IMG/VR virus record: IMGVR_UViG_2563366897_000009
Origin: a virus
Lineage: Duplodnaviria > Heunggongvirae > Uroviricota > Caudoviricetes
DNA length: 38,121 nucleotides
Reading direction: 5' to 3' (one strand)
In this document: positions 9,377-19,030 of the stretch, piece by piece
Layout: each line of letters opens with the position of its first letter
Position numbering within the stretch: the first letter of the stretch is position 1
Program-made: the position numbers and the translations under genes
Notes under the pieces: generated by a model
Seen by the model: only the letters and a program-made list of their open reading frames with translations
The model's database searches: none
What the model was told of the DNA's origin: nothing

Positions 9377-10219
9377 TCATGATGAAATTGCCGAAGTTTT
9401 TTTATCGTGCTGAAGTACCGCAAATGCCATTAAAACCTCAAGAGAATAGCGGCGATAATACTTAACAAAACCATAATAAAATACTCGGGATGCAGCAATA
9501 CAAAACAAGAGAAGAAAACAAAAAGGTAACAGTCTGATATTTATATCTATTAAAAAGGATAGAAGGAGCAGGAACATAAGCAACCAGACTGAAGCGAGAA
9601 AAACAAATGTAATGTTTCTACAAAAACCATACAAAGCAACATAGTTTTGCATTTTCACCTGATGATTTTTAGAATGTTCATACACATAATGATAAGCAAG
9701 GCGAAAAAGATCGCCCCTCAAGCCCTTACGTCGATATAGCGTAGATACAGAAAAAACATTTATATAACCATCTCGTATTTGCGGCCAAAAGACTTTAATA
9801 AGTATAGAATGCAGTGTGGTTTTATGATGTTCTGCTTTATCAAAAGCTGATACAGGAAATAAAAAAACTCCACGAATAAAATTAACTATACTGAACTTAG
9901 TATTATGTCGTTTTATTTTCAGGGAGCTTCTTTTAGAAAACAGATAAATTGAAGGATACCCAAGTTTACTGTTCATGTATTTTTCAATTAAACAGGATGA
10001 TAGAATAGATATGAAGTGACCTGAAATATATGATAGAACGATTAATACCACATATATAAATACACTTATTATTTCTTTATATTTCAGGATATGGTTAAGA
10101 ATACCTTCTATATAAACAGGGTTAATTTCAATAGAAAACAAAAAAAGGATAAACAGGAATAACCCACCTGGAATTAGATAGCCCAAAAAGTCATAAAATG
10201 AAAACGGATTCTGTGTCAC
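9377..10219 (-). CDS. multi-pass membrane protein of unknown function (hotspot cargo, second gene)
   Basis: 280 aa with about five hydrophobic segments; GTG start preceded by AGGGGGAAG; strongly AT-rich. Confidence 0.6.
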   Translation of the reverse strand: MTQNPFSFYDFLGYLIPGGLFLFILFLFSIEINPVYIEGILNHILKYKEIISVFIYVVLIVLSYISGHFISILSSCLIEKYMNSKLGYPSIYLFSKRSSLKIKRHNTKFSIVNFIRGVFLFPVSAFDKAEHHKTTLHSILIKVFWPQIRDGYINVFSVSTLYRRKGLRGDLFRLAYHYVYEHSKNHQVKMQNYVALYGFCRNITFVFLASVWLLMFLLLLSFLIDINIRLLPFCFLLLFCIAASRVFYYGFVKYYRRYSLEVLMAFAVLQHDKKTSAISS

Positions 10220-10258
10220 ACTTCCCCCTGTGTTACTTGTAAATTAAAGGGTAAAACA

Positions 10259-10756
10259 TTATTTGTTTTTCCGTAAAGGATTAGCTTTCCATCTTCTTAC
10301 TAACCATTCGAATTCTTGATATGTAGTATCCGAATTAATGCTTTCTCTGATTGCTTTAATTAATGGCTCGGCAATATCATATGTCTCTACAACTGTTGTG
10401 TAAGATGTTCTTTTTATCATTTTTTCATCATAAATACCTTCACGAATACTTACAGCAACTCGCTCGTAAAAATTTAAAATATATTGAAATTTTCGGCGCT
10501 CGGCCATTTCTTCATCTGTTATTATGCAACCATCACAAGGAAAAACATAAGAACGAAATGATTTGCCTGAACGATGCACTTGTTTCAGGGTATGCAATGA
10601 CTCTATATATTGCATATCTTGCCGACTCTCAAAAAGAAAGTTGGCCGTTTGAGTTTTTTTTGCGGTACGCACATTGTAGATAATGGTTCCAATGGCAACC
10701 AAAACGCCAAGCAGAACAATAGTATTGCTGATGATTTGTAGTGTTATTGGGTTCAT
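10259..10756 (-). CDS. single-pass membrane protein of unknown function (hotspot cargo, first gene)
   Basis: 165 aa; N-terminal transmembrane helix (residues about 5-27) followed by a charged soluble domain; AT-rich; 40 bp upstream of the 280-aa gene. Confidence 0.6.
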   Translation of the reverse strand: MNPITLQIISNTIVLLGVLVAIGTIIYNVRTAKKTQTANFLFESRQDMQYIESLHTLKQVHRSGKSFRSYVFPCDGCIITDEEMAERRKFQYILNFYERVAVSIREGIYDEKMIKRTSYTTVVETYDIAEPLIKAIRESINSDTTYQEFEWLVRRWKANPLRKNK

Positions 10757-10770
10757 CCTATTTCATCCAT

Positions 10771-10797
10771 AAAAAAGGCGGGGAGCAAATCCCCGCC
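10771..10797 (-). terminator. rho-independent terminator-like hairpin on the minus strand
   Basis: 8-bp perfect stem GGCGGGGA / TCCCCGCC followed by a T6 run on the minus strand, only about 15 bp before the start of the 165-aa gene. Confidence 0.45.
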
Positions 10798-10953
10798 TCA
10801 TTAGAGGTCAACGTAGCTTAGAAACCATCAAATTCATCATACATTTTATTCATATCAACCCCCTCATAGAAATCATAACCACGTTTTGTGGTTTTTGTGA
10901 CGTATAAACTACATCAAAGGCAAGCCACGGTCAAATATATAGGCATGCTTACC

Positions 10954-10980
10954 TGCACAAAAGTGCACAAATTTGCACAA
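10954..10980. repeat. three direct TGCACAA repeats at 10-bp phasing in the cos-proximal region
   Basis: Copies at 10954, 10964 and 10974, with a fourth at 11046; GGATCCGT also occurs twice at 11024..11042. Confidence 0.4.
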
Positions 10981-11076
10981 TTTTTTTGAACGACTTTTTA
11001 CCCTTCCGGCCCGCATGGCGGCTGGATCCGTCAAGGATCCGTGCGTGCACAAAAAAACGCGCTTTTTCTGCGCGCA

Positions 11077-11095
11077 GGTGACGGGGGAACAGCCC
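11077..11095. other. candidate cos cohesive-end region
   Basis: GGTGACGGGGGAACAGC loosely resembles the P2/186 cohesive-end sequence as I remember it; position next to Q fits P2-like cos. Confidence 0.2.
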
Positions 11096-11404
11096 GCGTT
11101 TCAGGGGGTAAATAGTATTCCCTGAGCGATGTCGCAGCGACATAACAGAATGGCCATATTTCTCACGCTGAGCGTGAAAAAGATGTGAGGGCTTTTGATT
11201 TGATGGGGTGAAAGGTAAGGCCGTCAAAATCGCACTGAGGCGGTGAGAACATGCAGTCAGCGCGGTGGGATTGCGTAAGAGTCTGACCGTCGATGATGGT
11301 AATAAACAGGAAAGCGTCGTGAAATTATCTGATTGATACAGGAGCTGGAGAGTCGGGGCATAAATTTTTTATGCCCCGCCGAAGCAGCAGACAAGCGAAG
11401 CGCG

Positions 11405-12451
11405 TCAGGATGTGGGCTGGGTGTCTAACAGTGCGTAAGGGTTAAAGCGAATCACCTCTTCGCCAAGCCAGTCATTGATGTGCTTCATGGCCTCCATGAC
11501 GGGCATCAGCTCGTTAATTGCGTAAACCCGCGCGGCCTTCTCCACATCACCAAACGCACTTTTTTCGCCTGGCATCGCCCCCATCAGTTGCGGCGGAACG
11601 CGGTGCGCAGCCAGCACATCATCACGGGATGCCACCTTAACATTCATGAACTCATCCTTTGCGGTGATCTGCTGGAACGGCAAAATTTGCACCCCCTCTT
11701 TGCCACCGTTGGGCGCATGAATGAGCACGTTTTTAAACGCACCACCACCACGCGCACCCTGTAGCGTTTCTTTCAGGGAGTCCATGCTTTCGCGGTTTAC
11801 CTGCGCTGCACCGATGTAGATGATGCACCCGGCGTGGGATCCGTTGTCGTAATACAGTTTTCTGAACATGTCCGCCGAATGAGACAGGCTGGCCGAGAGT
11901 AATGCGCCGAGATATTCCGGCATGCCGTAGATTTCCTGGTTAATGTCAGGATTCATCAGGTGGCACACTTTGCCAGGGCGAAACTGAAACGCGTCCTTGC
12001 CATCCTGCACATACCACCATGATTCAAGATCGCTTCCGCGTCGCATGTATTTCGCCAGGGCGTGCCGTAATTTAAGCGGTTCGCCGAGCATATTGCTTCG
12101 AAGCTCAAGGAATGCGTTACCGAACACAAACCAGTCCAGCGCCAGCGCCGAGAAATCCTGCCGGGAAAGCAACGGGTGCGGGATGTAGCAACCGAGTAAT
12201 ACATTGCGCTTAAAGTAAAGCGCAGACTGATGCCAGGACGTTTGCCGGGCAGCTCTTGCCAGACCGTACCAGTCCACCGGGGTTTCATACCACCGCCCGT
12301 TATCAGCACAGTACATATTGTCCAGCAGGTCATGCCCGGTCAGGCGATAAGGACCATCAAATGTGAATGCACTGAGCGATGATTCTTTCCTGAGCGCATC
12401 AGCGAGATCAATGCGTGAACTCATGCGCACTTTTTTATTTTTTCTGCTCAT
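11405..12451 (-). CDS. Q: portal protein
   Basis: 348 aa; ATGA overlap with the stop of P; position and size match P2 gpQ. Confidence 0.8.
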   Translation of the reverse strand: MSRKNKKVRMSSRIDLADALRKESSLSAFTFDGPYRLTGHDLLDNMYCADNGRWYETPVDWYGLARAARQTSWHQSALYFKRNVLLGCYIPHPLLSRQDFSALALDWFVFGNAFLELRSNMLGEPLKLRHALAKYMRRGSDLESWWYVQDGKDAFQFRPGKVCHLMNPDINQEIYGMPEYLGALLSASLSHSADMFRKLYYDNGSHAGCIIYIGAAQVNRESMDSLKETLQGARGGGAFKNVLIHAPNGGKEGVQILPFQQITAKDEFMNVKVASRDDVLAAHRVPPQLMGAMPGEKSAFGDVEKAARVYAINELMPVMEAMKHINDWLGEEVIRFNPYALLDTQPTS

Positions 12452-14202
12452 CAGAACTCCATAACCGTGAAACGCTCGTTTTCTCCTTCGCCGCCAATTG
12501 GTTCGTTAATGACAGCAAGCATGGTTGCCCACGCAAGGTCGCCGTGGCTGATCCCCCTCGCGCGGTCCGTTTCGTAAGTGATAAAGCCGCCCGGTGTTTT
12601 CACCTTACGCACGGCGTTAAAGGCCGCGACCAGCTCGCGTTCGGCGCGATCGTATTCCCACCGCCCGGCACGCATTATTTGCAGCATTTTCAGTACCAGC
12701 GACCGTTTTGATGACAGCGTGAAGGTGTACGGAATAGCGGCAGGGAAAAACCGTTTCACTATCTGATAAACAGCCTCCCCGTTCCCGCCCGTCACATCAA
12801 TGCCGATGTGTTCCACGTTGTAGCGACACGTGAACTCTTCAATGACTCTGGCCTGTTCTTCAAACTCCAGCCCCTGAACGCGTCGCGTCTCTACCGTTCG
12901 AAAACGGCCACCAGGAACAGACGGAGGAACCACCACGGACACAGCGCCGCTGTCGCCGTTGCCACTGCTGCCGTTTGCGTCATACCCAATCCATACCGGA
13001 CGATTCCCCATCGGGCGGGGAGCAAAAGGTTTCCAGTCTTTCCAGTCGTCGTATCCGTCAACACCGCAGCCAATCAGGATATTCAGGTTAAATGCCGATT
13101 CCCCTTCGCGGACAAACTCACACATATAGAGATTGAGGAACTCGTCTTCGGTGTTTTCATCACGAATTTCGTCGATATCGGTGTGTTCCCAGCCGTGATT
13201 AACCACATCTTCCAGCGTGACAATTTGCCGCCACGTCCGGTCAGGGCAGATAAGCCCGTTATGCAGCGCTTTCCAGTCCACAGAAAAACGCTGGCGTTTA
13301 TGCGTGACCTTTTTCTCGTTCCAGCGGTCGCCGTTCCAGTAGGCGTATGCCTCGTGCATTTCGGTGGATGGCGTGGAGAAGTAGGTGCGCCGCAGTCCGC
13401 TGAGGGTTGCCATAGCGCCAGCCACCTTGCGCAGTTCAGCAAAGCGACTGACCCAGAAAAATTCATCAAAATAAAAATTGCCCGTATAGGACTGTGCCGA
13501 CGCAGCAGAAGTGCCGAGAAAATGCAGCTCTGCGCCGTTGGAGAGGATGATTTTATCGCCCCCTTTCAGCTCCACATCAACTTCAGCCGCGGCCTTCTGA
13601 ATAATGCTTTTAAACTGGAACGCCTGACGACGCGACGCAGACAAAAAAATCTGGTTACGCTGGTAAGGTTGCGCCACATCGTCACGCAGCGCCATCAGCA
13701 GCGCTTCCTGTGCAAAATACCAGGTCGCCCCAATCTGTCGGGATTTCAGGATCATCCTGTTACGTATCCCTGCTTCCCTGCAAAGGGTCAGGGAGTCAAA
13801 CCAGCCCCGCTGATGCCACTCCAGCCTGCTGATGATTTTTTCCCGCAGTGCGGCAATCTGTTCCGGCGTGAAATGATTTTTAAGCTTTTTCGCCCGGCCT
13901 TTCTTTCCTGTGGCCGTCGCATCCGGCTGGCCATCATGCAGTTTTTTAAGCTGCCGGGTCAGCAGGTCTATTTCCTTGAAGTCACCACCTGTTTTATTCT
14001 GTTTTTCAGTGAGCTGGATGAGGCGCGCATCGATGGACTGCGTGACACGCTGCACGGGTGGCGTTTCATCCCACTGGTCGCGTTTTTTCCACGCATAAAT
14101 CGTGTTCGGGTTTATTCCCATCAGACGTGATATTTCTGCGGGCGGATAACCCTGCCAGTAAAGTTGCCGCGCACGCTGGCGCACAAAAGCGTCCTGAATC
14201 AT
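12451..14202 (-). CDS. P: terminase large (ATPase) subunit
   Basis: 583 aa, divergent from the O operon as in P2. Confidence 0.8.
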   Translation of the reverse strand: MIQDAFVRQRARQLYWQGYPPAEISRLMGINPNTIYAWKKRDQWDETPPVQRVTQSIDARLIQLTEKQNKTGGDFKEIDLLTRQLKKLHDGQPDATATGKKGRAKKLKNHFTPEQIAALREKIISRLEWHQRGWFDSLTLCREAGIRNRMILKSRQIGATWYFAQEALLMALRDDVAQPYQRNQIFLSASRRQAFQFKSIIQKAAAEVDVELKGGDKIILSNGAELHFLGTSAASAQSYTGNFYFDEFFWVSRFAELRKVAGAMATLSGLRRTYFSTPSTEMHEAYAYWNGDRWNEKKVTHKRQRFSVDWKALHNGLICPDRTWRQIVTLEDVVNHGWEHTDIDEIRDENTEDEFLNLYMCEFVREGESAFNLNILIGCGVDGYDDWKDWKPFAPRPMGNRPVWIGYDANGSSGNGDSGAVSVVVPPSVPGGRFRTVETRRVQGLEFEEQARVIEEFTCRYNVEHIGIDVTGGNGEAVYQIVKRFFPAAIPYTFTLSSKRSLVLKMLQIMRAGRWEYDRAERELVAAFNAVRKVKTPGGFITYETDRARGISHGDLAWATMLAVINEPIGGEGENERFTVMEF

Positions 14203-14356
14203 TGCTCCCCCTGAGTAATTACAGGAAGATTACCCGCGCGCGAAACTGTTCTCCTTAACCCCCTGTTCTGGCCGTTTTCTTACAACAAAAGCCCTTTGTA
14301 TCAGCCTGTTACGCTTTGCCATCATGACTGAAGAACCAGTCAGAGGGGCAAAAACT
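14203..14356. promoter_or_regulatory. divergent late-promoter region between P and O
   Basis: Intergenic region between divergent late operons; TGT...ACA dyad-like elements are present but not verified. Confidence 0.3.
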
Positions 14357-15193
14357 ATGGCTAATGAAAAAAAGACATCCCGCAAAAAGTTTCGCGTGGC
14401 TGTCTCCGGTGTAACGGCAGACGGGCGCGAAATCAACGGCGACATGCTGAAAGCTGCCGCCACCAGTTATAACCCGTCCGTTTATGGTGCACGTGTGAAT
14501 ATTGAGCACATCCTGTCACCACTCCCCGGTAGCGAGTTTTCCGCTATGGGCGATGTTGTGGGGTTGAGCACCGAAGACATAACCGATGGCCCGCTGGCAG
14601 GCCGCACGGCACTGTATGCCGAAATTGAGCCGACCGCTCGCATGATGTCCCTGCTTAACGATGGTAAAAAAATTTACTCCAGTATTGAGCTGGAACCACA
14701 GTCAACCATCACGGGAGGCCCTTACCTGCGCGGGCTGGCAATGACCGACACCCCTGCCAGCCTGGGCACGGAACGTCTGGCCTTTGCGGCACAACAACGT
14801 ATGCAACTGATGACATTCAACTGTCAGCAGGGAGACGTGGCGATGTTTACCGCCGCTATGGAGTCAGAACTTATCGAACTCACCGAACAACGTCAGGAAG
14901 AAGGCACCCAGTGGTTTAACCGCGTTATGGGGATTATTGGCCGTGGCCGCAAAGCGGATGACGCCAGTTTCTCCCGTATTCAGGAAGCGGTGGAAGGTGT
15001 CGCAACGTCACAGGCCGACATTATCGACCGTTTTAATGCGCTGGAAACCCGCCATCAGCAGGACAGCCAGAAAATCACTTTACTGACCACAGAGCTGACA
15101 GCACTGAAGGAAAAACTGCGCACGCAGGACGGCGATCCGCAGAACCGGTTCACCGCAACGGGCGCAGCCTCCGATCAACTGGCTGACTTCTGA
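14357..15193 (+). CDS. O: capsid scaffolding protein
   Basis: Conserved blocks shared with P2 gpO as recalled (DVVGL, GLAMTDTPASLGTE); GAGGGG ribosome-binding site. Confidence 0.8.
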   Translation: MANEKKTSRKKFRVAVSGVTADGREINGDMLKAAATSYNPSVYGARVNIEHILSPLPGSEFSAMGDVVGLSTEDITDGPLAGRTALYAEIEPTARMMSLLNDGKKIYSSIELEPQSTITGGPYLRGLAMTDTPASLGTERLAFAAQQRMQLMTFNCQQGDVAMFTAAMESELIELTEQRQEEGTQWFNRVMGIIGRGRKADDASFSRIQEAVEGVATSQADIIDRFNALETRHQQDSQKITLLTTELTALKEKLRTQDGDPQNRFTATGAASDQLADF

Positions 15194-15216
15194 TAAGACA
15201 AAGGAGCAAATTTTTT

Positions 15217-16269
15217 ATGAATCTGGTGATGTCAGATATTACCCGCAACAAGCTGGGTTGCTATATGGCGCAGCAGGCGTCGCTTAACAACATCCCGGTA
15301 TCTGCACTGGTATCGCGATTTACCGTGGAACCCTCGGTGCAGCAGCGTTTTGAAAACGCAGTAAAGGAGAGCACTGAATTTACAAAAAAAATTAACGTGT
15401 TCGGTGTGACCGACCAGAAAGGCGAAAAAATCCTCCTGGACACCACCGGGCCGATTGCGCGCACGAATACCAGTTATGACGGCACAAAACGCCGTAACCC
15501 GAATAACGTGGTTGATCTGAAAAACCGTAAATATCAGTGCGAACAGGTGAACTACGACACGTTTATTTCGTATCCGCAGCTTGATGCCTGGGCGGCACAC
15601 CCTGATTTTCAGTCACGCGTCAGCACACAGATTGCCCGGCAGGTGGCGCTTGACCGCATCATGATCGGTTTCAACGGCACGTCTCACGCAGATGAGTCCA
15701 ACTTCAGCACCAACAAGCTGCTTCAGGACGTTAACGTGGGATGGCTGGAGCACATCAGAACCGACGCCAGCGAGCGCGTAATGAATGACGTGACGCTGAC
15801 CTCCCGCAACATGGACAACACCGTGGCGCACGCGGGTAAGTATGCGAACGCTGATGCACTGGTACAGGACGCGCGCTCATCCCTGCTGGATGAATGGCAC
15901 AAGGAAGCTGACGACCTCGTGGTGATTATGGGGCGCAACCTGTTTAACTCGCTGCGTCTGCCCGTGCTGAACAGCATCAGCGGCCAGAATCCCAATGCGG
16001 AATTACTTGCCGGACAGCTCATCCTGTCATCGCGCGCCATTGGCGGACTGGATGTATTCCTTGCGCCGTTCTTCCCGGATTCAACGATGCTGATCACCTC
16101 GTTCAACAACCTGTCGATTTACTGGCAGAAAGGAACAATGCGTCGCCTGATGAAAGACGAGCCGGAATACAACCGCATCGCCACCTACCAGTCCATCAAT
16201 GACGCTTATGTCGTTGAAGACTATGGCAAGTGCGCGATGGTCACTGGCCTGAAGTTCGCCGACAGCTAA
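15217..16269 (+). CDS. N: major capsid protein
   Basis: 350 aa; FTVEPSV, MIGFNGT and VVEDY blocks as in P2 gpN as recalled. Confidence 0.85.
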   Translation: MNLVMSDITRNKLGCYMAQQASLNNIPVSALVSRFTVEPSVQQRFENAVKESTEFTKKINVFGVTDQKGEKILLDTTGPIARTNTSYDGTKRRNPNNVVDLKNRKYQCEQVNYDTFISYPQLDAWAAHPDFQSRVSTQIARQVALDRIMIGFNGTSHADESNFSTNKLLQDVNVGWLEHIRTDASERVMNDVTLTSRNMDNTVAHAGKYANADALVQDARSSLLDEWHKEADDLVVIMGRNLFNSLRLPVLNSISGQNPNAELLAGQLILSSRAIGGLDVFLAPFFPDSTMLITSFNNLSIYWQKGTMRRLMKDEPEYNRIATYQSINDAYVVEDYGKCAMVTGLKFADS

Positions 16270-16314
16270 TCAACTCACGGCGGGCATCATGCCCGCCTGT
16301 AACGGAGAGAAAAA

Positions 16315-17115
16315 ATGATTACTCCTGCACAGCAACACTGGCAGAACGTGATGGCACAGCGCGCAGGCCGGGCGAATGAAGGCGTGGACCACGCCGCGCG
16401 TACCGCGCATGAAGAGGTGCTGTATCGTCTGCGTCTGGCACAGGCCCGACTTAAGGGCGTACAGGCCAGAAGCGCGAAAGCCGCCATCAAAAAAGAGTTG
16501 TTACCGGACTTTTCCGGCTGGATTGAGGGAACGCTGGAGGCTGACGGCGGGCAGCAAGATGAAGTGATTGCCACGCTGATGGTGTGGGCAATTGACTGCG
16601 GCGATCTTCCGCTGGCGCTGCGTATTGGTGCGTATGTGGTCCGTCACAACCTCATCATGCCGGATAACTTTGACCGTACTGCTGCCACGGTACTGACCGA
16701 AGAAATCTGTAATCCGGTACTGACGCAGGCCGGGACGGATGCCGACGCGGATTTGTCCGCCTTTATCGAACCACTGGACACCCTCCGGGAGATTGTCACC
16801 GACCAGGACATGCCGGACGAAGTGCGCGCCAAATTATGCAAGGCGTGCGCCTTTGCCCGTCGTGGCCTGACCGATGCGGACAGCATGGCCTCATCACTGA
16901 AGCTGCTGCGCGAAGCGATGCACCTGAACCCGAACGCAGGTGTGAAACGCGAGATTGCAACCCTTTCCCGCGCCCTGAAAAAAGCCGATTCCGCAGCCGC
17001 ACCAGAAGATGCCAGCACACCGCAGGCGCAGGACGAAAGCAGCAAAAGTAAAAAGACAACGCGGAAGCCTGCAACACGAAAAACCACCGCGACGCAGAAG
17101 GCGAAGCGCGGTTAA
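16315..17115 (+). CDS. M: terminase small (endonuclease) subunit
   Basis: 266 aa at the gpM position, GGAGAG ribosome-binding site. Confidence 0.75.
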   Translation: MITPAQQHWQNVMAQRAGRANEGVDHAARTAHEEVLYRLRLAQARLKGVQARSAKAAIKKELLPDFSGWIEGTLEADGGQQDEVIATLMVWAIDCGDLPLALRIGAYVVRHNLIMPDNFDRTAATVLTEEICNPVLTQAGTDADADLSAFIEPLDTLREIVTDQDMPDEVRAKLCKACAFARRGLTDADSMASSLKLLREAMHLNPNAGVKREIATLSRALKKADSAAAPEDASTPQAQDESSKSKKTTRKPATRKTTATQKAKRG

Positions 17116-17216
17116 CGACTGACCCCGTCAGCGGGCGGCGTGCGCGGTGTTCCGGTTTGACTCCGTGACCGTTTACACCGCACACCCACCGCCCGATTTT
17201 TTCAGGAGTGAACACC

Positions 17217-17711
17217 ATGAGTATGGTTGCCAGAACCAACCCCGGCCCCGCAGAGGACGACATCACCGATACCGATGATGGTGATACCCGTATTTCAGCG
17301 GGCGCATTCTGGCCGGATATTGTGCTGCGTGAGCTGCGTCTGGCGATACGACTGCCGGGCCGTGTGACCACCTCCCGCCTGCTGCATACCGCCACCGGGG
17401 CCGTGGCACACGTTACCCGCGAGCTGGAAGCGTGGCAGCAGGAACAGCAGGCGGCTGGCCATCAGACGCTGGCCGATGTTCCGGCACCCGTAATTAACGG
17501 AGAAAGCGTCAATCTCTGGCACTGGCGCAATGCTGTTTATACCGCCACGCGCGCCCTGATTCTGGAGCGTTATCGTGATGCAGACACAACGGACAAGGGC
17601 GACCGCCGGGCGGACGCTCTGGATATACAGACATCGGATTTGTGGCGTGATGTGAGCTGGGCCATCTCTGACATTCTGTGCCGCCCGCGAATCTTTGCGG
17701 AGTTGTGCTGA
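17217..17711 (+). CDS. L: head completion / stabilisation protein
   Basis: Motifs AFWPDI, LADVPAPVINGESV and ERYRD...DTT.KGD match P2 gpL as recalled. Confidence 0.8.
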   Translation: MSMVARTNPGPAEDDITDTDDGDTRISAGAFWPDIVLRELRLAIRLPGRVTTSRLLHTATGAVAHVTRELEAWQQEQQAAGHQTLADVPAPVINGESVNLWHWRNAVYTATRALILERYRDADTTDKGDRRADALDIQTSDLWRDVSWAISDILCRPRIFAELC

Positions 17712-17911
17712 TGAAAGTGAAGGCACTGGAAGGCGACACCGTGGATTCGCTCTGTTTCCGGCACTACGGCACGACGCAGGGCGTCACCGAAAAGGTGCTG
17801 GATGCCAACCCCGGACTCTGTCAGCAGGTATTTCTGGACGCCGGGCAGGAAGTGGAGATGCCGGAGCCGGAGAAGAAGAAACGAGAAATGATTCAGTTGT
17901 GGGGGGAGTAG
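17711..17911 (+). CDS. X: tail protein X
   Basis: 66 aa; MKVKALEGDTVDSLCFRHYG resembles P2 gpX as recalled; start overlaps the L stop. Confidence 0.8.
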   Translation: MKVKALEGDTVDSLCFRHYGTTQGVTEKVLDANPGLCQQVFLDAGQEVEMPEPEKKKREMIQLWGE

Positions 17912-17913
17912 CA

Positions 17914-18237
17914 GTGAGCACCATTCAAACAGGGATCACAGAGCAGGTTATTGCATGGCTCTTTGACCACCTGCCAACGGTGTATGCAGTAGGCGCGGCG
18001 GTCAGCATTTCCGCGCTGATGAGTCTTTATGACGGACGAACACTGGTTCAGACCGTAACGGGATCGCTGGCGTGCGGCGTTCTTGCCATGGCTGTGGCCG
18101 GGTCGTTGCGCTTCTTCGGTTTTCCTGAAGATGCCGTGACGTTTATCGGCGCATCAATCGGTTTTATGGGGGCAGAGAAAGCACGCGATAAGGTTATTGC
18201 GGCCTTTAATCGCAGGGTGAAGGAGAAGGACGAATGA
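17914..18237 (+). CDS. Y: holin (GTG start)
   Basis: About 107 aa with hydrophobic helices; first gene of the lysis cassette. Confidence 0.6.
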   Translation: MSTIQTGITEQVIAWLFDHLPTVYAVGAAVSISALMSLYDGRTLVQTVTGSLACGVLAMAVAGSLRFFGFPEDAVTFIGASIGFMGAEKARDKVIAAFNRRVKEKDE

Positions 18238-18626
18238 GCAACACATTTAAATTCAGCAGCCGGAGCGAAAAGAATTTGCAGGGCGTAAATCCTGATCTGG
18301 TGAAAGTGACCCGACGGGCACTGGAAATTTCGGAAGTGGATTTTGGTATCACCGAAGGGTTGCGCAGTCGTTACCGCCAGAAGCAACTTGTGGCCACAGG
18401 TAAGAGCCAGACCATGAACAGCCGCCACCTTACGGGACATGCCGTGGATGTTGTGGCTTATATCGGCAGCCAAGTGTCATGGGAATGGCCGCTGTACGAA
18501 AAAATCGCAGCCGCATTCAAACAGGCCAGCCGGGAACTGAATATTCCGGTGGAATGGGGCGGCGACTGGAAGACCCTGAAAGACGGACCGCATTTTCAGT
18601 TACCACACGGAGCCTATCCGGCATGA
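18234..18626 (+). CDS. endolysin, peptidase M15-type
   Basis: 130 aa with an SRH...GHAVD motif typical of zinc L-Ala-D-Glu peptidases; AAGGAG ribosome-binding site. Confidence 0.7.
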   Translation: MSNTFKFSSRSEKNLQGVNPDLVKVTRRALEISEVDFGITEGLRSRYRQKQLVATGKSQTMNSRHLTGHAVDVVAYIGSQVSWEWPLYEKIAAAFKQASRELNIPVEWGGDWKTLKDGPHFQLPHGAYPA

Positions 18627-19030
18627 AGCTCTGGCCAACGCTTGGCGTTGCTTTCCTTCTGATTGCCGGATGGGGAACATCCATGCGTCTGTCATGGTCG
18701 CTGGGCCGGGAGAACGCCAGAAACGAAGCGCAGGCCAGCACCCTGAAACGTACCGCCGACACCCTGAATATCATCAGCGCCGGGGTACAGGATATGCAGC
18801 AGGTGCTGGCGCAACTCCGCGTGGAAAATCAGCAACGCAATCAGGACGGAGAGGCAAGACGTGAACAGCTACGCAACGATATTGCAAAAGATGAATGCGC
18901 CCACGCTTTGCCTGACGCTCGTTTTACTGACAGGCTGCGCAGGCACGCAGAACGCGCTACGGCCAGCGCCGTCAGTCCGGCTTATACCGCAGACGCTGAC
19001 CATACCGGTAACGCCTCCCCCCTTCCCTGA
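18623..19030 (+). CDS. lysB: Rz-like inner-membrane spanin
   Basis: N-terminal transmembrane helix then a charged coiled-coil-like region; ATGA overlap with the endolysin stop. Confidence 0.65.
   Translation: MKLWPTLGVAFLLIAGWGTSMRLSWSLGRENARNEAQASTLKRTADTLNIISAGVQDMQQVLAQLRVENQQRNQDGEARREQLRNDIAKDECAHALPDARFTDRLRRHAERATASAVSPAYTADADHTGNASPLP

Noticed and set aside
9145-9465. 106-aa plus-strand ORF
   Set aside because: Overlaps the parR 3' end and the convergent terminator hairpin in another frame; no start context.
10363-10683. 106-aa plus-strand ORF
   Set aside because: Antisense within the 165-aa membrane-protein gene of the AT-rich operon.
10949-11227. 92-aa minus-strand ORF in the cos-proximal region
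   Set aside because: Sits in a repeat-rich non-coding region between the hotspot operon and Q; no ribosome-binding site.
12808-14130. 440-aa plus-strand ORF
   Set aside because: Lies entirely antisense within the well-supported terminase gene P.
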